A DNA stretch of 63,769 nucleotides, filler included, from Octopus bimaculoides (GCF_001194135.2; 4 parts of 4 records of this genome joined end to end with filler, not necessarily neighbours in it); one strand, 5' to 3'. Shown: positions 27,140 through 39,880, counted from the first letter of the whole stretch. Translations and numbers: made by a program. Notes: generated by a model not told the origin, from the sequence alone.

Positions 27140-27320
27140 AAGTAGATCGAAGGCTCCATCTTAGATCTAAGTGGATCGAAGGCTCCATCCTAGATCTAAG
27201 TGGATCGAAGGCTCCATTCTAGATCTAAGTGGATCGAAGGCTCCATCCTAGATCTAAATGGATCGAAGGCTCCATTCTAGATCTAAGTGGATCTTCATAG
27301 TGAATCTAAGGCTCCATCCT
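27140..27320. repeat. 29-bp minisatellite, about 5 copies (AAGTGGATCGAAGGCTCCATCCTAGATCT)
   Basis: Head-to-tail copies with no spacers; degenerate partial copies at the 3' end. Confidence 0.95.
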
Positions 27321-28207
27321 GCATCCGTTGTCTCTAAAATGTAACAAAAACAAAACAGTGATGTGTGATTCAAGGAAGATATGGCTGCTATTTTTAGCAT
27401 GTAAAGCGAACCCATGTCGAGGGTCTTAATTGCCTCTTGTGACATAAGTAAGTAGAGAAGGAGGCCAGCCATAACCGGAAATTGTAAACATCAAGTGTTC
27501 GTCGCTAAGCCTACAGAACGTTTCAATGACTGACACGATTTTTCTTAACAAGAATTATATTTCAGCGCTAGTTTCAATCTTCCACTTGAAAACCAAAGAG
27601 GATATTTCAGAGATAGAAAATAATAGAGTATCGGTGATAATATTGTAGGACAAAGTTTTGATACTCAATAATATTCTTTTAGTTGTTTTAGTCATTTGAC
27701 CGGGAAAGGTTTTAGTCGAAACAACTCGACCCCAGAATTATTTTTTTCTACTCTAGGCCCGAAAATTTTGGGGAGGATTTTAGATTGACCCCAATTGTAC
27801 TCTTTCGCCCCAACTTTCTCTCACTCTTTCTTCCTGTTTCTTGAGTAATGCTGCGATGGACTGGCGTCCCGTCCAGCTGGGGGAACACATACGCCATAGA
27901 AACCGGGCCCATGAGCCTGGCTAGGCTTTGAAAGTGCGACGTTTATCGTTTATCGTATGGAACGCAGTGCTAATATTTCAAAGTCGAGTACATTTTTTTT
28001 CTATTGCTCTCTTTTGCCAAACCGCTTGGAAACAAGAACGTAAACAAAGCAACAGGTCAAAGACAAGGCGTTAATTAACCCCACATATCTCGGTCAGAAG
28101 ATTCTGGCAAGTAGGTAGTTGACCTGGTGGTGAAGATAAAGAAGATTATTTTCGCTTATATCGTCTCGTTTCTTCGTAAATACATTTATCGATTTAAAAA
28201 TACTCAC

Positions 28208-28490
28208 CTGTAGACATTATTAAACGCTTAACGTCTAATGATGTGGTCTATATTTTGTGGTGCCGATGTTGGAGCTGGTGACAGCGGCGGTGGAGATTGG
28301 GAGAACGAAGCGTCGTGTCTTTAGCTGCTGTCATCGACTGACGAGGGAAACGCAACTTAGACGGTGGAGGTCCGGTGATCTGTTGGTCTGGAGCGAGCTA
28401 ATCAACTGAAGTGGCGCCACCTGGACCCTCTGCAATTGACGTCATTAGGTCAGAGATGAATTGTTGCTTGTCTCTGCCGTTCGACATCAT
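28208..28490 (-). other. Candidate GC-rich exon ending in a consensus donor CAG|GTGAGT
   Basis: Non-repetitive and CpG-rich. Donor at 28208/28207, ATG at 28490, TGACGTCA at 28437-28444. No homology recognised. Confidence 0.25.
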
Positions 28491-28795
28491 CTTAAACGAG
28501 TGGGATATTATACACTGATCTGTTGGCTACTTTGAATGTATGTGTGCGTGTATGTGTGTGTGTGTGTGTGTGTGTCTCAACGAATGTTGCATGCGCATGT
28601 ATGCTTGTAACACTATGTATTTTTGTGTGTGTGCAGATTCTGTGTCTAGATAGACATGTATGTGTGTGTGTGTGTGTGCGTCAATACTATTCTAGCATGA
28701 GTGTTTGGTCTACATGCATGGTGGTCCTGGTAAACTTGTACATATGTAAGTTATTATCAAAACAGCTTCCCTCTTTGCCCCTCTCTCTCTCTCTT

Positions 28796-28828
<33 letters not shown>

Positions 28829-29294
28829 ACGCACACACGCACATATATACACATATAAAGGGCATAGCTAATTAGTATGTGTATAAATGTGTGTGTATAT
28901 ATNNNNNNNNNNNNNNNNNNNNNNNNNNNNNNNNNNNNNNNNNNNNNNNNNNNNNNNNNNNNNNNNNNNNNNNNNNNNNNNNNNNNNNNNNNNNNNNNNN
29001 NNNNNNNNNNNNNNNNNNNNNNNNNNNNNNNNNNNNNNNNNNNNNNNNNNNNNNNNNNNNNNNNNNNNNNNNNNNNNNNNNNNNNNNNNNNNNNNNNNNN
29101 NNNNNNNNNNNNNNNNNNNNNNNNNNNNNNNNNNNNNNNNNNNNNNNNNNNNNNNNNNNNNNNNNNNNNNNNNNNNNNNNNNNNNNNNNNNNNNNNNNNN
29201 NNNNNNNNNNNNNNNNNNNNNNNNNNNNNNNNNNNNNNNNNNNNNNNNNNNNNNNNNNNNNNNNNNNNNNNNNNNATATATATAATTAACATTG

Positions 29295-29363
<69 letters not shown>

Positions 29364-30333
29364 ATTTACATATATATATGGATGCACACACAAACATATA
29401 TACATATATATATATATATATATACATACATACTCACACATACACATGCATACACGTATATATGTTTTTTTTGTTATTTTACTGTAAACAGAGGATGATC
29501 GAAAATAGAGTTAATTATAAACAGTTTCTTGAATTAAGAATATATCGAATTGTAAGCAAACGTTAACTTTCTTAATTTTTGTGGCAGGGCATCGAAGAGC
29601 TGAGGGCCCTTGAACCTTAAGCTATTGCAGTACCCAGAACCAGCTCAAGGTACCGGCAACTCGGGCAGTCGCCCGGGGCGCCATGTGCTAGAGGGTGACA
29701 AGGAGGGCGTGACAAAGACAAGGAAATTTCCACAACCGTCAGCTTGTACACGCCGAAGTTCAGCTTACCCGGAGAGCAAGTAACCCTGGCAGTACCTGAT
29801 CCTGAATTTAGATGGAATGGACGGTACCGTTGATAGAAATACAACGGCGCCCAGTTCGGGCATTTGTATAACACTCAATGCCGAACTTAGGTACTAACCC
29901 TTCTAGAATTTTCCATATGTAGATTATTACATAACTGTCGCTCCTTCGCTCCAGGTAGTAGAGTCGTCTTTATTCGGCCTTTTCCAGTAGCTCATCAGCT
30001 GCACTGCTACAATCATTTATCTGTAAGTAATCGTAGAAAATATACAAACATGGAAAACTTAACTACTTCTCCATTGATTGCAAACAGAAAATTTCACTAT
30101 TTCTCCATTGACTGAAAATAATGATACCAGCCTAAATCAATTTTTGAAACTTCTCAAAGGTGTTTATGTCATTTAACCAAAGTAAGAAATAAGCAGCCAG
30201 CCCGGTTATATACACAACAAATCCGGTAGCTTCAGAGAACTGCAGCAACTAATTTCCGTACCGGAATTTAAGTGATGCAGGGTTCGATTCTTTGTGGAGG
30301 CTTACTGGCCACCTTTTTTTTTTTTTACTAAAG

Positions 30334-30674
30334 CAGGGGAACTCAACCATTCTTTACCCATGGACCCCTTTGATTACTATTGTATTCTGGTGGATCCCCA
30401 TATCCAGTCCATTTGTACAAACTAGTTTTATAGAAACTTTTTTCAAAACTATTTTACTTTTCACACATTAGCTTGTGTAGGTTGAACTATGTAAAATGTC
30501 AGAGAAAGAAACCTACCCATTTCTTGCAATACATACCAATACGTACATCTAAAGCAACATCTTTTCAGGGACCCTTAATTGTGGATCCCTAATTGACTAT
30601 TCTGTTGCGTGAAACCTACAAAATCTTATATATGGAGCTTCAGGGGCCATATGGACTCCGATTGAGAACCACTG
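30334..30674. mobile_element. hAT-type (Charlie-like) MITE
   Basis: Ends CAGGGGAACTCAACC and GATTGAGAACCACTG (reverse complement CAGTGGTTCTCAATC); 8-bp flanks TACTAAAG/TTGTAAAT only partly match. Confidence 0.7.
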
Positions 30675-30794
30675 TTGTAAATGGTATTTATTCAATTTTC
30701 TAAGCTGTCCTTACAGCCATCCTGCATTTGAAAATTCCTTTATTTTCTGTAGATTGCTTTATTAGATATTGCGCTCGCACACACACACACACAC

Positions 30795-30894
30795 NNNNNN
30801 NNNNNNNNNNNNNNNNNNNNNNNNNNNNNNNNNNNNNNTTAATTAATTAANNNNNNNNNNNNNNNNNNNNNNNNNNNNNNNNNNNNNNNNNNNN
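30795..30894. other. Assembly join marker: 44 N + TTAATTAATTAA + 44 N (also 58452-58551 and 62298-62397)
   Basis: The same 100-nt structure occurs three times; the spacer has stops in all six frames. Confidence 0.95.
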
Positions 30895-30905
30895 TATATA
30901 TATGC

Positions 30906-30966
<61 letters not shown>

Positions 30967-31147
30967 TATGCATATATATATATATATTATTATTATTATT
31001 ATTATTATAATATATGCATATGAATATACATGTGTGAGTATGTGTGTGTGTGGGTGTGTGCGCGTAAATATATACACATGTATATACAGGGATTCACACA
31101 GACATATATCGCATATATTTCTATCTCCCTTTATATCTCTATATTTA

Positions 31148-31181
<34 letters not shown>

Positions 31182-31559
31182 TGTGTGTGTGTGTGTATCA
31201 TTATTCACACTATGCATATGTATATATATACATATGTATAAATAAAAAAATATAGCAACACAGAAGACAAAACCTAAATGAACTGCCGAAAAAAAATAAA
31301 AAAAGAAAAATGGAAAAAGGGAATGAGGAAGATAAGATGCGGCAAGATATAAGGAAAGACAATAGTACCATGGAAAGCACATAGGCTCGCTAGCTGTCGA
31401 GGTAAACTTATACATAGATTAGACGGTAACTCTAAACTAAGTTAGATATATATAAAGACAAAGATATCTATATATGTATATATATATATATAGGTAAATG
31501 GATGAATAGATAGACAGATAGAGAAAGAAAGAGAGACAGGGAGAGAAAGAGAGCGTGAC

Positions 31560-31625
<66 letters not shown>

Positions 31626-31706
31626 GGAGCAAACTTTAGCTGGTAGAAAGTGAGAGAAAAGGGGATTGGAGAGGAGACATCGGGATTGAATAATTCTTGA
31701 AATATC

Positions 31707-31749
<43 letters not shown>

Positions 31750-31750
31750 A

Positions 31751-31810
<60 letters not shown>

Positions 31811-32019
31811 GTATGTATGTATGTATGTATCTATCTGTCTGTCTATCAATACGTACATACATATATATACACACATATATATATGCATGTATATGTAAGT
31901 ATATATATATATATATATATATATAGCAAATGAAAAACAGAAGATGGAATATACGAGAATTTATTGTTAATCACAATTGTTTCGACACATCTAGCATCGA
32001 TTCCTCTTGTCTGGGACAC

Positions 32020-32084
<65 letters not shown>

Positions 32085-32119
32085 CAATAGTATTAACAAT
32101 AATAATAACAACAACAACC

Positions 32120-32160
<41 letters not shown>

Positions 32161-32669
32161 TCGTTACAGTTAGTTGTATATAAGGTGTGCGTATAAAGGT
32201 GTGTGTATAAAAGTCTGTGTACAAAGGTGTGTGCAGCAGAAATGTCGAAAGCTGTGAGTATATAACAGCCGTGTGTATGTAGGTGTGTAGTGTAGGTGTG
32301 TAGAGAGGTGGTGGGTGGTGAGTTGATGCGAGATCACAGACGGAAAGTGTCAAAAGATGTCAAAATATGAAACATCTTCGGTTGAAAGTCGCCGCCATTT
32401 GATGTCTGAACGAACAACCGAAGATGTTTGGAGAGAGAAAAAAAAAAGGACAGACTGGCTGAGGAAAATAATGTTAGGTTCCCAAGCTTGACGACAAAAC
32501 TGTTGACTGGTGGATAAAGGTGGTAGCGGTGGTGGTGGTATATCTGGTGTTGTAGTGGTGGTGGCAGTGGTGGTGAGGGTAGTGGTGATGTTGTGGACTT
32601 AATGGTGGCAATGGTAGTTGCAGTAGTTAAGATGCTGATTGCTGGTGGCGGCGGCGGCGGTGGTGGTGA

Positions 32670-32759
<90 letters not shown>

Positions 32760-32896
32760 GTTGTTGTAGTAGTAGTTGTTGTAGTAGTAGTGGTAGTAGT
32801 AGTGTTGGAGGTGCTGATTGGTGGTGGCAGTAGAGACAGTGGTAGTGTCGTTAGTAGTAGTAGTAGTAGAAATAGTAGTAGAAGTAGTAGTAGCAG

Positions 32897-32949
<53 letters not shown>

Positions 32950-33125
32950 GTCGTGGCGATGGTTGTTGTTGTTGTTGTTGGTGGTGGTAGTGGTGGTTGG
33001 TGGTGGTGGTTGTAATGTTTGTAGATGAATTTACACGGATGTCTGTTTTGTTGGTTAAATGTCCCGAAAACGAACAAGAGACATGACAGAAAACTTAACC
33101 AATATTCAGCTTGTCAACGTCGTTC

Positions 33126-33178
<53 letters not shown>

Positions 33179-33179
<1 letters not shown>

Positions 33180-33565
33180 TGAGTGAGAGAGCAGCACATG
33201 CCATCAAAGTGACACTGGGGTACAAATATTGAAGCTCAGTATACCAATCATGACTACCTGTCCGAGAAGGGTACACCAGACACATGCATCACAACCCATA
33301 TCTGCATGACACGGTGATCTCGTATCAAGATAAGCAGCGCATGATCTTGCAGCTGAATCCCAGTTAGAATTTTGTTCAGGTCGAGTAGCCCATCCCGCTC
33401 AAAAGGTCCCCGAATAAGGTTTGTTTAAGGATGATGAACGAAACACCCGTGTTTCCAGAGGTGAATTATTCAAATCCCAAAGAATTCCTCTCAACACATG
33501 GTTATGATGCTCCCCCACTACTTCTGCTCGTGATCAGAGATGCACACAACATCATCAACTAAGGC
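33179..33565 (-). mobile_element. Interspersed retroposon-like repeat with an (AAT)n tail
   Basis: About 390 bp of complex sequence ending CTCTCTCACTCAG(TAA)n on minus. Repeat status is from recall; only one copy is in the window. Confidence 0.45.
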
Positions 33566-33733
33566 AGTGCTTCTCAAACGATCTGAAGTGGCATACTGGC
33601 AGTTTTTTTTCCAATGTGCCAGGGACCGGTAATATTTCCTAGTAATATTAATTTATACCAGAAACAATATATATATAATGAATATAATAAAAGTTGACAA
33701 TTTTTAAATCTTATTAGTAGTTGTAGTAGTAGT

Positions 33734-33935
33734 GGTACTCTTCTTTTAATTTTGACTCTATTTTCTGGAGGAGTTACCTCAATGCTTTATATATTAACCA
33801 AAATGAAGTAGATTGACAAAATTATTTTTTGAACCTGTTGAAGATACACGAGATGTCGAAATATCGTTCACTAGATAACAGTGGCACTCTTCTTTTAATT
33901 TTGACTCTATATCTTCAGGAGGAGTTACCTCAATC
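33734..33935. repeat. About 52-bp direct repeat, two copies about 146 bp apart
   Basis: TGG(T/C)ACTCTTCTTTTAATTTTGACTCTAT..GGAGGAGTTACCTCAAT occurs twice. Confidence 0.9.
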
Positions 33936-33940
33936 CTTTC

Positions 33941-34041
<101 letters not shown>

Positions 34042-34047
34042 TAATGA

Positions 34048-34330
34048 TTTCATTTATTTCCACCAGGGCGAAGGATGAGGGATACAATACAAAGACAGAG
34101 ATAACGTGTGGGGGATTTACATATAATGGAATGATGAAAAAAAATTGTAAGTATATACGGTATACAATGAAAAAGAAGGGACATATGTATTCATGGTATG
34201 AAAAGGATGATAGAGATGTAGCCCTCCTGATACAGGATATCCTTTAGGGATAATCGAAGAGCCCCACTGTCCGAAATATCCCGAATATCAAGAGCAAATT
34301 CCCTCTCTAATTCTTTCTCTACGACTCACA
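34048..34330 (-). mobile_element. Second L1/Tx1-like 3' end (AATAAA running into (ATT)n)
   Basis: AATAAA at 34058-34053 immediately before (ATT)n; UTR organisation resembles 8405-8505. Confidence 0.45.
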
Positions 34331-34359
34331 GGTCTATATTTAAAGATGTACCATCCACT

Positions 34360-34945
34360 CTTGCCATTAACCCTTTCTGCTGTAGGCACAAAACCTGAAA
34401 TTCTGTAGGGTGGGTCTTGTCAATGACATCAACCCTAGTGTTAACCATGTACACTATTTTATCGGCCCCGAAAGATAAAAGGTAAAGTCGACCTGGGCGG
34501 AATTTGAACTCAGAGCGTAATGACAAAACGAAATGCCGCTAAGCATTTTGCCTGGCGTGCTAACGATTCTGTCAGCTCGTCATCTTCATAACAATAAAAA
34601 CAATAACAACAGCAACAATTATAATAATGGTTTCGAAGTTTGGCACAAGGTCAGCAGTTTCAGGGAAGTGGAATGAGTCGATTACATCAACCCCAGTATT
34701 CAACTGGTACTTATTTCATCGACTCCGGAAAGATGAAAGGTAAAGTCAACCTCGGTGGAATTTGAACCCAGAACGTAAAGAGAGACGGAAATGCTGTTAA
34801 GGATTTTGTCCCCCTGAGAACTACGTTAAGGGTATGCTTGTCTGTGGAGTACTCAGTCACTTGCCCGTTAATTTCACGAATAGGCTGTTCCATTGATCGG
34901 ATCAACTGGAACACTCGTCGTCGTAACCGACGGAGAACCGGCCTT
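34360..34945. mobile_element. SINE cluster: two family B copies on minus (34360-34590, 34625-34810) and a family C tail on plus (34815-34945)
   Basis: AAAGTCGACCT.GG.GGAATTTGAAC occurs twice; GAGAACTACGTTAAGGGT..GATCGGATCAACTGGAAC is the family C tail. Confidence 0.88.
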
Positions 34946-35727
34946 TTGTATTATTGTTGCTGTTGTAATTTGTCATTTTCTCATTGTTCTTTCAGTGGCT
35001 GCTGTTCTCGCTGTTGTTATTGCTTCTCTTGAGCTGTTGTTGTTGTTGTTGTTAGTGGTGGTGGTGAGGACGTGAATGTTCTTTGATTTCTTAGAACTAA
35101 TTATGGGGGACTGTTAAGAAGAATGCCCCCAGTTTTCTTCTCCCTCCAATTTTTTTTTGTTTTTGTTTTTGTAATTCAAAGACTTTGATGCCTTTAAGGA
35201 AAGTGGCAGGTGACAGATATGATATTACCAGCAACAGGGACGACAACCACAGACGACAACACCAATAACAACAACAACAACAACAACAACAACGACGACG
35301 ACGACGAGGAACGACGATGCTGCCACCGCCGGCGACGGCTGCAACAATGGCAACAACAAGACAAAAACAATACCAAACACACCAATAGAGTTAACGAGAC
35401 ACAACAATCCCATATATCCGAGTTTAAGCTTTGATTCTTACTGTCGAAAAAACTATGAAACCTACGGTATGGAGTCATTTAACTAATTGCCCTACATAAC
35501 GTACACGCACACACATACACACACACACACATACATACATGTGTGCGCGGATACACATACATAGACACACATAGGTACACACACGTGTGCATACACACGC
35601 ACATATATGTATATGCATGCATACACACTTGCGAGTTTGGATTTATATAGAGACAGGCATGCATACAAGCATCCATCAATCCATCCGCCCATACATACAT
35701 TTGTACATATATGCATTAATACATGTA

Positions 35728-35810
<83 letters not shown>

Positions 35811-35898
35811 GTGTGTGTGTATATATATGTATGTGTGTGTATCTGTATATATGTGTGTATGTATGTATATATGTATGTGTGTATCTGTATATATGTGT

Positions 35899-35963
<65 letters not shown>

Positions 35964-35984
35964 GAGAGGTGCAGNNNNNNNNNN

Positions 35985-36015
<31 letters not shown>

Positions 36016-36180
36016 GAGAGGTGCAGGCGTGGCTGTGTGGTAAGATGCTTGCTTCCCAACCGCATATGGTACTGGGTTCATTCCCACTGCGTGGCACCTT
36101 ACGCAAGTGTCTTCTACTATAACCTCCGCCCGACCAAAGCCTTGTGAGTGGATTTGGTAGACGGAAACTGAAACCCGTCG
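36016..36180 (+). mobile_element. SINE family A, 5' half
   Basis: GGTGCAGGCGTGGCTGTGTGGTAAGATGCTTGCTTCCCAACC..GGGTTCATTCCCACTGCGTGGC. Confidence 0.9.
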
Positions 36181-36319
36181 CGGGCTGAGTAAGAAGTAAG
36201 CAACGTTTTGAAACATGAAATTCATCACAATACATTTCAACAATACAGAAATTTTATTCATCAAAGTAATTACCAATTACAATCAACACATTTTTTGCCA
36301 ACGAGTTACAAGTTTTTAA

Positions 36320-36510
36320 GTTCTACATTTAAGAGATGAGGAATTAGGTACATTATTTACATTATTTACATTTGACGGATATTTGTCTTCATCTTGTTTG
36401 TTGTTAACACAACGTTTCGGTTGATATACCCTCCAGCCTTCATCAGGTGTCTTGGGGAATTTTCGAACCTGGGTTCTTATTCCTAAGGTATTTTTCGGTG
36501 TTATTATTAT
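36320..36510 (-). mobile_element. Penelope-derived terminal repeat carrying a hammerhead (its tail recurs at 53805-53840)
   Basis: Contains the 36406-36451 motif. TTATTTACATTATTTACATT..TGACGGA is shared with 53805-53840. Confidence 0.6.
36406..36451 (-). ncRNA. Minimal type I hammerhead ribozyme motif
   Basis: Stem I GACAC/GUGUU; CUGAUGA plus A; stem II GGCUG/CAACC (one mismatch, 10-nt loop); GAAA; ACGU; GUU site at 36411. Confidence 0.7.
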
Positions 36511-37611
36511 TATTTTATGTTTGACTTTTGTTTTGCATTTGTACAAGTTGGATCCAAGTCTCACCCAGAGACCTCAAGAGACAACAAGTTAGAAGTTCAT
36601 GTAGGTGTTATGCCTAGGGTACCATATATTTGGATTTGTACAGTTTTGTATCTGTAGGGAAATATATGGCATGGTAGNNNNNNNNNNNNNNNNNNNNNNN
36701 NNNNNNNNNNNNNNNNNNNNNNNNNNNNNNNNNNNNNNNNNNNNNNNNNNNNNNNNNNNNNNNNNNNNNNNNNNNNNNNNNNNNNNNNNNNNNNNNNNNN
36801 NNNNNNNNNNNNNNNNNNNNNNNNNNNNNNNNNNNNNNNNNNNNNNNNNNNNNNNNNNNNNNNNNNNNNNNNNNNNNNNNNNNNNNNNNNNNNNNNNNNN
36901 NNNNNNNNNNNNNNNNNNNNNNNNNNNNNNNNNNNNNNNNNNNNNNNNNNNNNNNNNNNNNNNNNNNNNNNNNNNNNNNNNNNNNNNNNNNNNNNNNNNN
37001 NNNNNNNNNNNNNNNNNNNNNNNNNNNNNNNNNNNNNNNNNNNNNNNNNNNNNNNNNNNNNNNNNNNNNNNNNNNNNNNNNNNNNNNNNNNNNNNNNNNN
37101 NNNNNNNNNNNNNNNNNNNNNNNNNNNNNNNNNNNNNNNNNNNNNNNNNNNNNNNNNNNNNNNNNNNNNNNNNNNNNNNNNNNTATATATATATATATAT
37201 ATGCATGCATACACACACACACACACACACACGCACACACACATATTTCTATGAATGAACCCATCCGAGATGATAACTAGATTAATAAACAACCAGGTGA
37301 AAGAGTGTATTGTACCTATACCCAGGGTAGGGTGGAGATAAATCAAAAGGGTATGTCAACCGTAAAATAAAGTGTCCCCTGTGAGTTACGGATGGGTGTG
37401 GGGGCTTTGTCATGGGGTTTTAAATACGTCGACTTCCCTCTTACTTTTCTTTTTCTTACTGTAATAAAAACGCGCGCGTTGTGTGTGTACGTGTGTCTGA
37501 GTGCGTGTATACATTCATATGATATGCATATAAATATCTACACATACACACACATACCTGCATACATATATGCAATATATATATGTATGAGTGCAAGTTT
37601 GTGTGTGTGTG

Positions 37612-37678
<67 letters not shown>

Positions 37679-37709
37679 GTCGTCTGCCTTTCTGTCTGTC
37701 GTCTGTTTT

Positions 37710-37770
<61 letters not shown>

Positions 37771-38362
37771 ATGTATTTTTTTTACTTGTTCCAGTTATTT
37801 NNNNNNNNNNNNNNNNNNNNNNNNNNNNNNNNNNNNNNNNNNNNNNNNNNNNNNNNNNNNNNNNNNNNNNNNNNNNNNNNNNNNNNNNNNNNNNNNNNNN
37901 NNNNNNNNNNNNNNNNNNNNNNNNNNNNNNNNNNNNNNNNNNNNNNNNNNNNNNNNNNNNNNNNNNNNNNNNNNNNNNNNNNNNNNNNNNNNNNNNNNNN
38001 NNNNNNNNNNNNNNNNNNNNNNNNNNNNNNNNNNNNNNNNNNNNNNNNNNNNNNNNNNNNNNNNNNNNNNNNNNNNNNNNNNNNNNNNNNNNNNNNNNNN
38101 NNNNNNNNNNNNNNNNNNNNNNNNNNNNNNNNNNNNNNNNNNNNNNNNNNNNNNNNNNNNNNNNNNNNNNNNNNNNNNNNNNNNNNNNNNNNNNNNNNNN
38201 NNNNNNNNNNNNNNNNNNNNNNNNNNNNNNNNNNNNNNNNNNNNNNNNNNNNNNNNNNNNNNNNNNNNNNNNNNNNNNNNNNNNNNNNNNNNNNNNNNNN
38301 NNNNNNNNNNNNNNNNNNNNNNNNNNNNNNNNNNNNNNNNNNNNNNNNNNNNNNNNNNNNNN

Positions 38363-38397
<35 letters not shown>

Positions 38398-38933
38398 TAT
38401 ATATATTATAAGACGAGTGGGTTGGAAAGCGAGCGTTAGATATAACCTGTGTTTTCCTCTCTTTGAAAAGGATGTTACAATGTCACAATATCTACACTTT
38501 TTCCGCGATCAAAATGGCGTAGAATGTCTGCATATTACGAAGTATTTTAAATACATATCTTAAATGTCGCCATTAACAAATAAATAAATAAATAAATGAA
38601 AAATCTCGTCTTTCAAATCTATCAAACTGCAAGTGTTACGTCAGTGATATATGATGTCATAATGTTAACATTTCTCCCCTGATTTTTAGTAGGACAACAT
38701 TGACATTTTAACCTTCATTTATCTACCTTACACGGGGTCATTATGAATGATGTCGGCTTCTTTTTACAAACTCATTATTGAAATGGCATCATACATACCT
38801 CATCGTTTCGTTCTACTATTGCATGGGAAGGACGTGATGTTTACGAACCGATAAGAGAGAGAGACTCACTCAAGCTGCTTGCAAATAGCAGCAAGTTGTC
38901 CCTGAAATAGCAGCTTATCGCAGTAAAGTGACG

Positions 38934-39365
38934 AAGGACGAATTAAGATAATGGTTTAATTCTTGGTATACACGCTTTGAAAGAAAAAGACGGGACAGAC
39001 AAGGCTGGAACGCATTTGATTATAAGCCTGCTTGATCCGTTCTACACTGAGACTACAGAATACAGCAATAGGGACGCTAAAGGTAAGTAGCCAAGAAGGT
39101 GGTAAATTGGTAGGATTACTGCGGCCCGTCTAAGCACTGAGCCGTGCAAGAAAGGACGAATTAGATAATGGTTTAGTTCTAAGTATACAATATTAGAAAG
39201 AAAACAACGGGATGGACTAAGCTGGAACGTGTATGATAATAAGTTTGCTTGATCCATGCTACACTGAGACTACAGAATACAGCAATAGGGACGCTAAAGG
39301 TAAGTAGCCAAGAAGGCAGTGAATTGGTAGCATAACTGTAGCCCGTCTGAGAACAGAGCCCCACG
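38934..39365. repeat. Tandem duplication, about 217-bp unit x2, with a 58-nt identical core
   Basis: Cores 39042-39099 and 39259-39316 are identical; flanks carry many substitutions. Confidence 0.95.
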
Positions 39366-39454
39366 AGGCAGGATGGCTGTTGTAGCGAATGTCGTAGGCC
39401 ATTCTCTGCGACAACGTCTTTTCAATCAGGTCTGCGAGGCGCAGCTAAACACGA

Positions 39455-39616
39455 CGTTTGTTCCGGGAAGAGGGTATTTTCAAGTTAAAGGAAAGATGGA
39501 GACGCATTGTGCAACAAAATGGTTCATATTTGGTTGATTAAAAATGTAATAGCAAGTATTTATTGACCTTTTTCTTTAGTTTAAAATTCGGCACGAACTT
39601 TCCGGACAACCTAATA
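39455..39616 (+). mobile_element. Mariner 3' end with TIR (second mariner family)
   Basis: LFREEGIFKLKERWRRIVQQNGSYLVD* matches GI..L..RW..V...G.Y; TIR AAAATTCGGCACGAACTTTCCGGACAACCTAATA. Confidence 0.88.
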
Positions 39617-39679
39617 TAAACTCTTATTATGAAACCCTTTTAACTCCCGTCATATATTCTACGGTGATATTTTGCAGTT

Positions 39680-39880
39680 TCACTGCAGTTTCCCTTTGTT
39701 GACAAGCTCTACGATGACACGGCTGATAACTTCAACTATTCGTTCTTCGATTTCTAAGAAATCATTGCATGCTTCTGCCCATAGCTTCGTCGAAATTCTG
39801 TTCTTGCATTTCCTCGTTACCTCGTCCCAGGATATTTTGATATTAGCCATCGTCTTCCTGATACGGTAATCAATGATAAA
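39680..39880 (-). mobile_element. pogo/Tigger-like transposase fragment
   Basis: MANIKISWDEVTRKCKNRISTKLWAEACNDF resembles the I..AW.EV......W.KLW...DF segment after the DDE_1 domain. Confidence 0.6.

Noticed and set aside
27140-27320. CRISPR-like 29-bp repeats
   Set aside because: No spacers, no cas genes, eukaryotic context; this is a minisatellite.
30839-30850. TTAATTAATTAA islands inside gaps (three sites)
   Set aside because: Fixed 44N-12-44N structure; a scaffolding marker, not biology.
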